Assembly (NCBI GenBank): GCA_026991555.1
Contig: JALXBI010000044.1
Span: forward strand, 1,223 to 65,222
Length of the DNA: 64,000 nucleotides
Direction of reading: 5' to 3'
Source: Candidatus Aminicenantes bacterium
GTDB taxonomy: Bacteria > Acidobacteriota > Aminicenantia > S016-38
This document shows positions 56,106 to 64,000 of this stretch, in pieces; position 1 is the first letter of the stretch, and each line of letters opens with the position of its first letter. Both the position numbers and the translations under genes were made by a program. Under the pieces are notes generated by a model. The model ran no database searches. It was given only the letters and a program-made list of their open reading frames with translations, and was not told where the DNA came from.

Positions 56106-57792
56106 GGCCTTTCTAAAAAGAATATACATAAAGGAAGACCAGTTACTATTCGTCCTGATAATAATCCTCGGATTCCTTGTGGGGCTGTTCGATGCGGCCT
56201 TTAGGTTCTCCATCCATCTAATTTCGAAATTAACCTATCTTAAGGGAGGTATATGGATTTTATCCCCTGTGGTAGGGGGATTGGTGGCAGGTTTTCTTAT
56301 CAGGTTGTGCCGGGAGGCGGCGGGAGGAGGTGTGGGTTATGTTCGGAGGATGCTTTCGTTTTTCGGGGGAAAAATTCCCCTTAAGATAACCGCCTTTCGC
56401 TTCCTGACCAGTGCGGTAAATGTGGGAAGCGGGTTTTCCTTAGGGCCCGAGGGACCCTCCGTGGCCATAGGAGCGGGGACAGGGGCAGCCTTAGCCAGTG
56501 CGTTTCACCTTTCCACAAGGAACACACGGATTCTGGTGAGTATAGGAGCAGGAAGCGGAATATCTGCTGCCTTCGGGGCTCCCATGTCCGGGGTTACATA
56601 CATGCTGGAGGAAATTCTGGGAAATTTCAGCGCAAGAATAGTGGGGACTTCCTTTATCGCTACGGTCTTCGCTTCTGCAGTTCAAAAATGGGTCGGTGGT
56701 CATCTTTTAATGTTTTCCGTTCCGGAATTCCGGCTCCTGTCTCCTTATGAACTCTTTTACTACATACTTCTGGGCCTCTTTATCGCCCCCATTTCCGTGG
56801 CCTTCATTCGATTAAACAAGTACTTCAAGGGATTTTTCAAGAAATTAAAGCTTCCCATGGAACTTCGTCTTGCTGCCGTTGGAGGGGTTATATCCCTCAC
56901 GGCGCTGGCCCTGCCTCAGGTCATGGGAACAGGTTACGAAACCCTCACAGAGTTCATGCAAAAACCCTCTTCGCTCAACATGGTGGCAGTGCTTCTGCTT
57001 GGAAAACTTGCCATGACCTCCCTTTCCATTGGCTCCGATGCCAGCGGGGGAATGTATGCCCCCTCCTTCTTCTTAGGAGCTTTCTCAGGGCTATTCATGT
57101 GGAAATTTTTCTCCCTGCTCTTTCCCTTTCCCATCGCATCCCCGGGAGCCTATGCCATAGTGGGAATGGGAGCATTTTTCGGCGGGGCTTTTAGAGTTCC
57201 CCTTACCGCCTTCCTCCTCATTTTTGAGCTAACAAAGATGAACAGTTCCATACTCCTGCCCCTTATGTTGGCCACCGGGGTGAGTTATGTTATATCTCAG
57301 GCCCTTTACGAGTATTCGGCCACGGAAGCCATCATGCTTGAGGAAGGAAGCCTTATTCCCAAGGAAGCCGGGGGGGTTCTGGAGGAAATACTGGTCAAGG
57401 ATGTGATGAGGGTGGACTTTGACGTTATTCCTGGGGACTACACGGTTTCCCAGGTAAACGAAATCCTGGGTCTTCTTCCCTTCTCCTCGTATCCTGTGGT
57501 GGATAGGGACGGAAATTACCTTGGCATGGTAACCAAATCGGAATTGAAAAGGGCATACTTAAGGGGAGAAGGAGATAAAAGGGTAAGCGAAATCCTTTCC
57601 CATACCACCGCCCACCTTCATCCGGACATGCCCATGAGTATTGCCATGACCAGACTGGCTGACAGCCCCACGGATATTCTTCCCGTGCTTGATCCTGTAA
57701 GCCACCGGAAACTTCTGGGGGTTCTCTCCATGGGGGATTTTATGAGAAAAATAATGGAAAAAATGGAAACAAAGGGAGGTGAATATGAATAA
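56086..57792 (+). CDS. ClC-family chloride channel/antiporter with C-terminal tandem CBS domains
   Basis: GSGIP-like selectivity motifs (GPEGPSV; GAPMSG), GxFxP, and two CBS repeats at the C-terminus; 568 aa. Confidence 0.8.
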   Translation: MPLKGIKAFLKRIYIKEDQLLFVLIIILGFLVGLFDAAFRFSIHLISKLTYLKGGIWILSPVVGGLVAGFLIRLCREAAGGGVGYVRRMLSFFGGKIPLKITAFRFLTSAVNVGSGFSLGPEGPSVAIGAGTGAALASAFHLSTRNTRILVSIGAGSGISAAFGAPMSGVTYMLEEILGNFSARIVGTSFIATVFASAVQKWVGGHLLMFSVPEFRLLSPYELFYYILLGLFIAPISVAFIRLNKYFKGFFKKLKLPMELRLAAVGGVISLTALALPQVMGTGYETLTEFMQKPSSLNMVAVLLLGKLAMTSLSIGSDASGGMYAPSFFLGAFSGLFMWKFFSLLFPFPIASPGAYAIVGMGAFFGGAFRVPLTAFLLIFELTKMNSSILLPLMLATGVSYVISQALYEYSATEAIMLEEGSLIPKEAGGVLEEILVKDVMRVDFDVIPGDYTVSQVNEILGLLPFSSYPVVDRDGNYLGMVTKSELKRAYLRGEGDKRVSEILSHTTAHLHPDMPMSIAMTRLADSPTDILPVLDPVSHRKLLGVLSMGDFMRKIMEKMETKGGEYE

Positions 57793-58255
57793 AAAACTTG
57801 CGTTCCTATTCCTCTTGATTTTCCTCTTTGCCTGCGGGAGAACGGAGAAGAAAAACAAACAGCCCCTAAAACTTGCAGATTTCTACTTCTTCGTGCTCAA
57901 GGGTGGAAAGGAGGTGAAACTTTCAGGAGAAGAATTCACTCAGGGTCAGGTGGTTAAAGTTAAGATTTTCGTGGAAAATTTCGGCTATATAAAAACCGAA
58001 AAGGGATACAGGATTTCCGTAATGGAGTTGCTAAAAATTATTGATAGCGAAGGTTCCGTTGTATATTCAAAGGTAGAGGTGGACCAGACCAGGGTGCTTA
58101 AGGAACTAAATAAGGAGCTTATCTTCATCAACACCCTGGGATTTTCAAAGAGGATGCCCGCTGGAGATTACACGCTGGTATTTGAAATTGTGGATAGAAT
58201 TAAGAAACAGAAATTGAAGATAAGAAAAAAGATTCACGTAAAGGCTCTCATCTGA
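57779..58255 (+). CDS. Small lipoprotein of unknown function
   Basis: Lipobox LFAC after a signal peptide; 158 aa; no recognisable domain. Confidence 0.4.
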   Translation: MNMNKKLAFLFLLIFLFACGRTEKKNKQPLKLADFYFFVLKGGKEVKLSGEEFTQGQVVKVKIFVENFGYIKTEKGYRISVMELLKIIDSEGSVVYSKVEVDQTRVLKELNKELIFINTLGFSKRMPAGDYTLVFEIVDRIKKQKLKIRKKIHVKALI

Positions 58256-59498
58256 TATCCCCAGCCTTTTTAAGAGCTACAAGAAAAAGGGGGGGGCCGA
58301 TGAGCATACTGAAGATGACAGTGGATATAATTAGATTCTTCAATAAAATTCCATAATCCTGGAAATAATCGCCCACCAAGGAAGCGAAGCCCAGGGTGAG
58401 TCCTGCCTGACTTATAAAGGCCATCCACCCGAATTTTTTCACCTGGGGTTCCCGAGCCCCTGCCCAGGTTCCTGCAAAAAGAGAAAAAAGCCTGACCGCC
58501 ACGAAAAAGATGGTTGCCGGGAGAATGCTCTTGACCACTTTAAGGTCCATGGAGGCGCCGGTCATGGAAAAGAAAACCGTCAGAATAGGAACCGAAGCTT
58601 CATAAAGGCTTTCCAGGAAGTCGTGACCGAATGAGGAGAGGTTTCTAACGGCCATACCGGCGGTCATGGCTGCCATTATGGAGTGGAAATGCAGGTGGTG
58701 AGAAATGGAGGCTATAAAAAAGGCAACTATCAGAACAAAGGAAAATCTCCCTCCCTGAAAATAGGAAAAATAAAAGATAATCAAAGCCGAAAAAACCAGG
58801 CCCGATATTATTGAAATCAGCAGCTCTAAGGATAGGTTGGTGAAAACCCCGAAATTGAATCTTGTACCTGCGGAAATCAGAGCAATCACCAGGGTAAAAA
58901 GAAAAACAATTAGCACATCCTTTAACACCGTTATGCCTACTATTATATCGGTGAACCTTCCCTCTGCCCGGCTTTCCATAATAACCGCTATGGTGGTGGC
59001 AGGGGATTTGGCTATGGCCCCGGTCATCAAAACGAGGAAAACCATAAAATAAAGGGAAAAATCGCCTTTTATGCCAAGGAACTTCAAAAAAACAGGAAGT
59101 GATAATCCAAATAATAGTATTACCGCCAGGGTCTGGAAGACTATAACCCCCATGACATCCCTGATATTTCTTTTAAGGGCCTTTACGTCTACCTTGGCGC
59201 CAGCGGCAAAGGCAATGAGGGCCAGAGCCAGTTCGTCCACGAAGGAGAGGTGCAAAAGGGTAGCCTGGTCTATAATTCCAAGAAAAGATGGCCCCACCAG
59301 GATCCCCACAAAAAGATATCCCGTGACCTGAGGAAGCACCGTTCCCGAAAGTATTTTCCCCCCGAAAAGAGAAGAAAGAACCATATACCCAAAACCTGCA
59401 GTCTCCTTGCTGAGAAGGTGTTGGGTTTTTCCGGAAAGGTGGGAAAAGAGGTATCCCGTAAGGACCAGGAAGAGGGTTATTATTGCGTAGTGAATCAA
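58248..59498 (-). CDS. Monovalent cation:proton antiporter (Na+/H+ exchanger, CPA family)
   Basis: About 12 TM helices and the GYLFVGILVGPSFLGII motif typical of Na_H_Exchanger proteins; 416 aa. Confidence 0.7.
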   Translation of the reverse strand: MIHYAIITLFLVLTGYLFSHLSGKTQHLLSKETAGFGYMVLSSLFGGKILSGTVLPQVTGYLFVGILVGPSFLGIIDQATLLHLSFVDELALALIAFAAGAKVDVKALKRNIRDVMGVIVFQTLAVILLFGLSLPVFLKFLGIKGDFSLYFMVFLVLMTGAIAKSPATTIAVIMESRAEGRFTDIIVGITVLKDVLIVFLFTLVIALISAGTRFNFGVFTNLSLELLISIISGLVFSALIIFYFSYFQGGRFSFVLIVAFFIASISHHLHFHSIMAAMTAGMAVRNLSSFGHDFLESLYEASVPILTVFFSMTGASMDLKVVKSILPATIFFVAVRLFSLFAGTWAGAREPQVKKFGWMAFISQAGLTLGFASLVGDYFQDYGILLKNLIISTVIFSMLIGPPLFLVALKKAGDIR

Positions 59499-59499
59499 A

Positions 59500-59934
59500 T
59501 TACCTCCTGGCCTTAAAAAAGTTTTTAAGGAGCTGAGAGCTTTCCTTGGACATAACCCCTCCCACTATCTCCATCCTGTGATTTGCTCTGGAAAGGTCCA
59601 CAGAAAAGGCAGAAAAGGCGCCGCCCTTGGGGTCTTCAGCACCGAAGACCAATTTTTTTATCCTCGCGTGAATCATGGCCCCTAAACACATCAAGCACGG
59701 CTCCTTGGTTACATACAATTCCGTTCCCTCAAGACGATAATTTCCCAGCTTCCTTCCCCCTTTTCTTAGAACGAGTATTTCCGCGTGGGCAGTGGGGTCA
59801 GAAAGGTGAATGGTCCGGTTATGGGCCGAAGCTATAAGCTGGTCATTCTTTACCAGAACAGCTCCCACAGGCACTTCCCCTTCCTTCTCTGCCGTTTCCG
59901 CCTCCTGAAGGGCGATTCTCATCCATTTATCCAT
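59500..59934 (-). CDS. tadA: tRNA-specific adenosine deaminase
   Basis: CMP/dCMP deaminase zinc motifs HAEILVLRKGG and PCLMCLGA; 144 aa. Confidence 0.85.
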   Translation of the reverse strand: MDKWMRIALQEAETAEKEGEVPVGAVLVKNDQLIASAHNRTIHLSDPTAHAEILVLRKGGRKLGNYRLEGTELYVTKEPCLMCLGAMIHARIKKLVFGAEDPKGGAFSAFSVDLSRANHRMEIVGGVMSKESSQLLKNFFKARR

Positions 59935-59964
59935 GGCTCTATTTTAACATGTTAAAATTTTCCT

Positions 59965-61260
59965 ATGCTTGAAAGATTATCCGATAGATTCCAGGGCTTT
60001 TTGAAAAGGCTAAAGGGAGAGGGGCACTTAACCGAGTCAAATGTGGAGCCGGCGTTGAGGGAAATCCGCATCGCCCTTCTCGAGGCCGATGTAAACTACC
60101 GGGCAGTTAAGGACTTCGTTTCCGCCCTAAGGGAAAAACTTCTTGGAGAGGAAGTAAGGAATTCCCTTTCCCCTTACCAAACCGTAGTAAAAATAGTCCA
60201 CCGGGAACTTACAGCTCTTCTCGGAGGAGAAGGCAAGAGAGAGTTAAAAACCTTAGCGGGAACTGACCTTTACATGCTTATAGGACTACAGGGAGCAGGA
60301 AAGACCACAACAGCGGGAAAACTGGCCCATATTCTCCTTCAAAGAGGAAAGGTTCTCTTGGTCTCCCTGGACCTTAAGAGGGCTGCTGCCCAGGAGCAAC
60401 TGGAGAAGATAGCTAAATGGGCCGGGGCGGATTTTTTGCCAGCCCCATCCTCCCTGGAGAGGGCCTTTTCCATCATCGGGGAGATAAGAAGGTCGGGCAA
60501 ATATGCAGCAATAATCGTGGACACTGCCGGAAGGCTCCATGTGGACGAGGAGTTGATGGAAGAGCTGAGGAAAACCAGGGAGGAGCTTTCCCCTACTGAG
60601 GTTATCCTGGTGGCCGATGCCATGACAGGTCAGGAAGCTGTGAGGGTGGCCAGGGAGTTCAAGGAGAAGGTGGGCTTTGATTCTGTGATACTCACCAAGA
60701 TGGACGGCGATGCAAGGGGAGGCGCAGCCCTTTCCATAACCTATGCCACGGCCCGCCCCATAAAATTTATTGGAGTAGGGGAAAAGATTGAAGATCTGGA
60801 ATCCTTCGTTCCCGAAAGAATGGCCTCCCGGATTCTTGGAATGGGAGACATCCTCACCCTTATAGAAAAGACCGAAAAAGCGGTGGAGGAGGAACAGGCC
60901 AGGAAGCTGGCTGCGAAACTGAAAAAGAACGCCTTTACATTAGATGACCTTAAGGAGCAAATTCGGCTTCTAAGGAAATTAGGGGGCCTGAAAAAAATAA
61001 TCCCCTTCCTTCCCAAGATGCCGGGCATAGGCGCGGTTGACGACAGAAAATTAATACACATGGAAGCCATTATAAACTCCATGACCCCGGAGGAAAGGCA
61101 GCGACCGGAAATAATAAAGGCCAGCAGAAAAAGGAGAATTGCCCGGGGAAGCGGAAGGCCTGTCCACGAGGTGAACCAGCTCCTTCGGGGATTTTTCCAG
61201 ATGAAAAAGATGCTAAAATCTAAACAGGTCCGAAACATGTTAAAGGGGATTGACATATAG
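59965..61260 (+). CDS. ffh: Signal recognition particle protein Ffh
   Basis: N domain, G domain (GLQGAGKTTT; DTAGR) and a Met-rich M domain with RILGMGD; 431 aa. Confidence 0.9.
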   Translation: MLERLSDRFQGFLKRLKGEGHLTESNVEPALREIRIALLEADVNYRAVKDFVSALREKLLGEEVRNSLSPYQTVVKIVHRELTALLGGEGKRELKTLAGTDLYMLIGLQGAGKTTTAGKLAHILLQRGKVLLVSLDLKRAAAQEQLEKIAKWAGADFLPAPSSLERAFSIIGEIRRSGKYAAIIVDTAGRLHVDEELMEELRKTREELSPTEVILVADAMTGQEAVRVAREFKEKVGFDSVILTKMDGDARGGAALSITYATARPIKFIGVGEKIEDLESFVPERMASRILGMGDILTLIEKTEKAVEEEQARKLAAKLKKNAFTLDDLKEQIRLLRKLGGLKKIIPFLPKMPGIGAVDDRKLIHMEAIINSMTPEERQRPEIIKASRKRRIARGSGRPVHEVNQLLRGFFQMKKMLKSKQVRNMLKGIDI

Positions 61261-61302
61261 CAATTTCTTAGTTAACCTAATATAAGAACACAGGAGGTAG
61301 AG

Positions 61303-61557
61303 ATGCTCAGCATAAAGTTGATGAGAATGGGAAAGAAGAAGCAGCCCTTCTACCGCATAGTAGTGGTAGAAAAAAGAAGCCCAATAAGAACGGCTACTGT
61401 GGATGAGATAGGATATTATAATCCCCTGCCCGAGGACATACAGCTGAAAATAGACTTTGAAAAACTTGAATACTGGCAAAAACGCGGGGCTCAGCCAACT
61501 AAAACGGTAAAGTCCCTGATAAAGAGGGTTAAAAAGCAGGCTCAAAAAAATAATTAA
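61303..61557 (+). CDS. rpsP: 30S ribosomal protein S16
   Basis: [21 protein letters not shown]. Confidence 0.9.
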   Translation: MLSIKLMRMGKKKQPFYRIVVVEKRSPIRTATVDEIGYYNPLPEDIQLKIDFEKLEYWQKRGAQPTKTVKSLIKRVKKQAQKNN

Positions 61558-61568
61558 AGGAGGTAGCC

Positions 61569-61802
61569 GTGAAAGAGTTAGTGGAAATGATCGCCAAGGC
61601 ATTGGTGGACAATCCGGACAAGGTGCAGGTTCATCAGGTAGAGGGAGAGCAGACCACCATACTTGAGCTCAAAGTTGCTCCCTCTGACCTCGGAAAGGTT
61701 ATAGGAAAACAGGGAAGAACCGCTAAGGCTATAAGAACTATCCTCTCTGCCGCAGGCATGAGGGATAAGAAGAGGTATGTCTTAGAGATTCTGGAGAGTT
61801 GA
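61569..61802 (+). CDS. KH-domain RNA-binding protein (YlqC/UPF0109 family)
   Basis: [17 protein letters not shown] motif; 77 aa with a GTG start, in conserved position between rpsP and rimM. Confidence 0.7.
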   Translation: MKELVEMIAKALVDNPDKVQVHQVEGEQTTILELKVAPSDLGKVIGKQGRTAKAIRTILSAAGMRDKKRYVLEILES

Positions 61803-62254
61803 CCTTACTGGGGAGGGTCCTTAAACCTCATGGATTAAAGGGAGAGGTGAGGGTCCTCCCCATAGAATCCGGCCTTTACAGGAAGGCCGTGGGTTCTGTT
61901 TTAATTCTGAGGCGGAAACACCGGAAGCTTAGTTTAAAGATAGAAAAAGTCAAAAGGTCTCCCAGGTATTTAATAATAAAATTCGAGGGCATCAATTCCC
62001 TGGAAGAAGCTGAGGCTCTCCGGGGCTTTGAAATCGTTGGGAAAGAGGAAAAGGCTAACCCCGTTGAAGGGAAAAAAGCTGTCGCCGGAGGCCGCGTGCT
62101 TGGTATAGTGAAGGAGGTGCTTCCCATTCCAATGAATCCAGTTGTGGTTATAGAGACCTATTCAGGGAAGGAGCTTCTGGTGCCGATGAAATTCTGCATG
62201 GAAAAGGAAAATGTGCTGGAGGTTAATCTACCTCCTGGCCTGGAGGAACTTTGA
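61799..62254 (+). CDS. rimM: 16S rRNA processing protein RimM
   Basis: [16 protein letters not shown]-terminus and a PRC barrel C-terminus; TTG start. Confidence 0.8.
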   Translation: MTLLGRVLKPHGLKGEVRVLPIESGLYRKAVGSVLILRRKHRKLSLKIEKVKRSPRYLIIKFEGINSLEEAEALRGFEIVGKEEKANPVEGKKAVAGGRVLGIVKEVLPIPMNPVVVIETYSGKELLVPMKFCMEKENVLEVNLPPGLEEL

Positions 62255-62949
62255 AATTTTCAATCATAACCATTTTTCCCGGCTTTTTCTCTTCCCCTCT
62301 TAAATACGGGATCCTCTCCCGGGCCATTGAGGAAGGAAAAATACAGGTAGAGATTTACAATCTCAGGGATTTTGCTTCCGACCTTCACAGGAGCGTGGAT
62401 GATAGGCCCTTCGGAGGGGGTTCAGGAATGATTATGAAAATAGAGCCCATCTGGAAAGCACTTTCTGCCATAAAAACTTCGGACTCTCGGGCCATACTGC
62501 TATCTGCCGCTGGAAAGCTCTTCACCCAGGAAAAGGCAAAGGAACTTTCGGGCCAGAAGCATATAATTTTAATATGCGGCAGGTATGAGGGAGTGGATGA
62601 AAGGGTAGCAGAAAATCTGGTGGACGATGAAATCTCCGTAGGAGATTACGTCCTTTCCGGAGGTGAACCTGCTGCTCTTATAGTAATGGACACCGTGACC
62701 CGGTTAGTTCCCGGGGTAATAAGGGAAGAGTCAACAAAAATAGAAAGTTTTTCCAGCGGTCTTTTGGAATACCCACAATATACGAGACCCAGAGATTTCC
62801 GAGGAATGGTGGTTCCGGAGGTTTTATTTAGCGGAGATCATGGTAAAATAGAGAAATGGAGAAAAAGGAAAGCTTTGGAAAAAACCGTGAAAAACAGGCC
62901 AGACCTCGTAAGAAAAAGGAGGAATCATGGAGTTGATAAGGGAAGTTGA
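62251..62949 (+). CDS. trmD: tRNA (guanine37-N1)-methyltransferase
   Basis: [19 protein letters not shown] and the SPOUT knot region. Confidence 0.9.
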   Translation: MKFSIITIFPGFFSSPLKYGILSRAIEEGKIQVEIYNLRDFASDLHRSVDDRPFGGGSGMIMKIEPIWKALSAIKTSDSRAILLSAAGKLFTQEKAKELSGQKHIILICGRYEGVDERVAENLVDDEISVGDYVLSGGEPAALIVMDTVTRLVPGVIREESTKIESFSSGLLEYPQYTRPRDFRGMVVPEVLFSGDHGKIEKWRKRKALEKTVKNRPDLVRKRRNHGVDKGS

Positions 62950-63277
62950 AAAGGAATATTTAAGGAAGAACCTGCCGGACTTCCGTCCTGGAGATACTGT
63001 AAGGGTACACCTTAAAATCAAGGAGGGAGACAAGGAAAGAATTCAGGTCTTTGAAGGGGTGGTTATTGCCAGAAGAGGTGGCGGATTAAGGGAAACCTTT
63101 ACAGTAAGAAAAATATCCTTCGGAATCGGGGTGGAAAGAATCTTCCCCCTGCACTCTCCGAAAATAGAGAAAATTGAGGTGGTCAAGAGGGGCAGAGCAA
63201 GAAGGGCAAAACTCTATTTCCTCCGCGGTTTAAGCTCTAAAAAGATGAAACGGAAAATTGCAGCGAAACAACAGTGA
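62927..63277 (+). CDS. rplS: 50S ribosomal protein L19
   Basis: [10 protein letters not shown]...[21 protein letters not shown]. Confidence 0.9.
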   Translation: MELIREVEKEYLRKNLPDFRPGDTVRVHLKIKEGDKERIQVFEGVVIARRGGGLRETFTVRKISFGIGVERIFPLHSPKIEKIEVVKRGRARRAKLYFLRGLSSKKMKRKIAAKQQ

Positions 63278-63836
63278 GAAGCTAATAGCAGGGGTAGACG
63301 AAGCTGGCAGAGGTTCTTTATTTGGTCCTTTAGTAGTGGCAGCAGTTATCCTGCCCCGGGAGGGAATAGCTGGGCTAAGAGATTCAAAGCAGCTTTCTCC
63401 CAGAAGAAGGGAAAATTTTTTCAGGGAAATCCTCGATTCAGCAATAGGGTGGAGCTTCTCTCTGGGAACCTTAGAGGAAATAGAGGAGAACAATGTCTTA
63501 AAGGCCACCCTAAAGGCCATGGAAAGAACTATAAAGAAACTGACCCCTCCCCCCTCAGTAGTGTTGGTGGACGGCCCCTTTGTCCCGGAAATAGATGGTT
63601 ACCTCGTAAAGCCGGTTGTCCACGGGGATAGGCTTGTTCCTCAGATATCGGCAGCCTCCATATTGGCAAAGGTAATAAGAGACCGTATAATATCCAGGAT
63701 GGCCAATCTTTTCCCTGGATTTTCCCTGGATAAAAACATGGGCTATGGCACCGCGGCCCACAGAAGAAATTTATGTTTTCTGGGCCCAACCCCTTTTCAC
63801 CGGGGAAAATTTGTCCTAAAATATAGGCAGGGGTAA
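63258..63836 (+). CDS. rnhB: Ribonuclease HII
   Basis: [21 protein letters not shown] catalytic DEAGRG motif; TTG start. Confidence 0.85.
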   Translation: MQRNNSEKLIAGVDEAGRGSLFGPLVVAAVILPREGIAGLRDSKQLSPRRRENFFREILDSAIGWSFSLGTLEEIEENNVLKATLKAMERTIKKLTPPPSVVLVDGPFVPEIDGYLVKPVVHGDRLVPQISAASILAKVIRDRIISRMANLFPGFSLDKNMGYGTAAHRRNLCFLGPTPFHRGKFVLKYRQG

Positions 63837-63837
63837 T

Positions 63838-64000
63838 ATGCGGGATTCTTCACCGGAAAAGCTGGTCCGTCAGGGGAAAATAGAAGAAGCCATCCGTATA
63901 TACGAAAGAGCCCTAAGGAAAAAGCCCCGCGACGAATACCTCATGAGGAAGCTGGGGGAGCTTTATGAAAGGGCGGGGCTAAAAGATGAGGCCATAAGAA
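63838..64000 (+). CDS. TPR-like protein, 5' fragment; continues past the window end
   Basis: The ATG at 63838 follows the rnhB stop. The first TPR-like helices are visible (AIRIYERALRKKP...LGELYERAGLKDEAIR). Confidence 0.35.
   Translation, partial: MRDSSPEKLVRQGKIEEAIRIYERALRKKPRDEYLMRKLGELYERAGLKDEAIR

Noticed and set aside
158-63789. Numerous 60-280-aa ORFs nested antisense or out-of-frame inside strongly supported genes (e.g. 1470..1799, 21570..22412, 31698..32456, 36741..37085, 60741..61256)
   Set aside because: They lack recognisable motifs, have low-complexity Pro/Gly/Ser/Arg-rich composition typical of shadow frames in GGG/AAG-rich coding sequence, and each is fully contained in a well-supported CDS.
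1-64000. Search for CRISPR arrays, IS elements, integrases, prophage or toxin-antitoxin pairs
   Set aside because: No short interspaced direct repeats, transposase or integrase motifs, or TA-sized gene pairs were seen. Intergenic space is minimal, and the only large repeat is the OMP gene duplication.

Overview
The window is dense, mostly syntenic core chromosome from a Gram-negative bacterium, probably thermophilic. The phylum guess (Thermodesulfobacteria/Aquificae-like) rests only on inference from the LPS-export genes, a ferredoxin-linked 2-oxoacid oxidoreductase, split transketolase, a GGG/AAA-rich codon style and pervasive 1-4 nt start/stop overlaps. I saw no mobile elements, CRISPR arrays, integrases or toxin-antitoxin pairs. 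Gene order as read:
- 1-9.2 kb: recJ 3' end, then the conserved lptCA-like - lptB - rpoN - hpf - ptsN - hprK - rapZ - EIIA(Man) - ptsH - ptsI locus.
- 9.6-13.7 kb: citrate synthase, a LeuC/LeuD-type hydro-lyase pair, and NADP-isocitrate dehydrogenase.
- 13.7-19 kb: a TPR protein, an acyl-CoA ligase with a tiny ThiS/MoaD-like ORF, and convergent rsmF-like and UDP-glucose dehydrogenase genes.
- 19-23.4 kb: a clear cobalamin riboswitch driving btuB-type receptor, ABC ATPase, binding protein and permease.
- 23.4-25.3 kb: three small outer-membrane beta-barrel-like genes; two are a near-identical CDS-length tandem duplicate.
- 25.3-34 kb: OsmC, a four-subunit 2-oxoacid:ferredoxin oxidoreductase, NUDIX, comEC, a YjgR/DUF853 HerA-like ATPase with a long coiled-coil tail, and nth.
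- 34-40 kb: a LolA-like protein, a 1015-aa BNR/Asp-box beta-propeller protein and a 692-aa polytopic membrane protein.
- 40-45.7 kb: one minus-strand operon of RsbU/RsbW/RsbV-like partner-switching proteins, ndk, a PHP/Zn-ribbon EndoQ-like protein and two tandem radical-SAM/SPASM enzymes.
- 45.7-64 kb: gatB, split transketolase, ftsEX, an orphan leuD-like gene, a TIGR01212 radical SAM, UDG family 4, a hydrolase, a MetH-activation-domain-like protein, tRNA-Thr(CGU), mpg, PP2C, plsC, a ClC channel, a cation/H+ antiporter, tadA, ffh-rpsP-KH-rimM-trmD-rplS-rnhB and a partial TPR gene.
The most unusual items are the tandem OMP duplication, the radical-SAM pair without a visible substrate gene, the YjgR-like ATPase, the CS-LeuCD-IDH arrangement and the riboswitch, which the ORF caller mis-read as a CDS extension. 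All protein calls rest on motif recognition in the translated ORFs; no searches were run.
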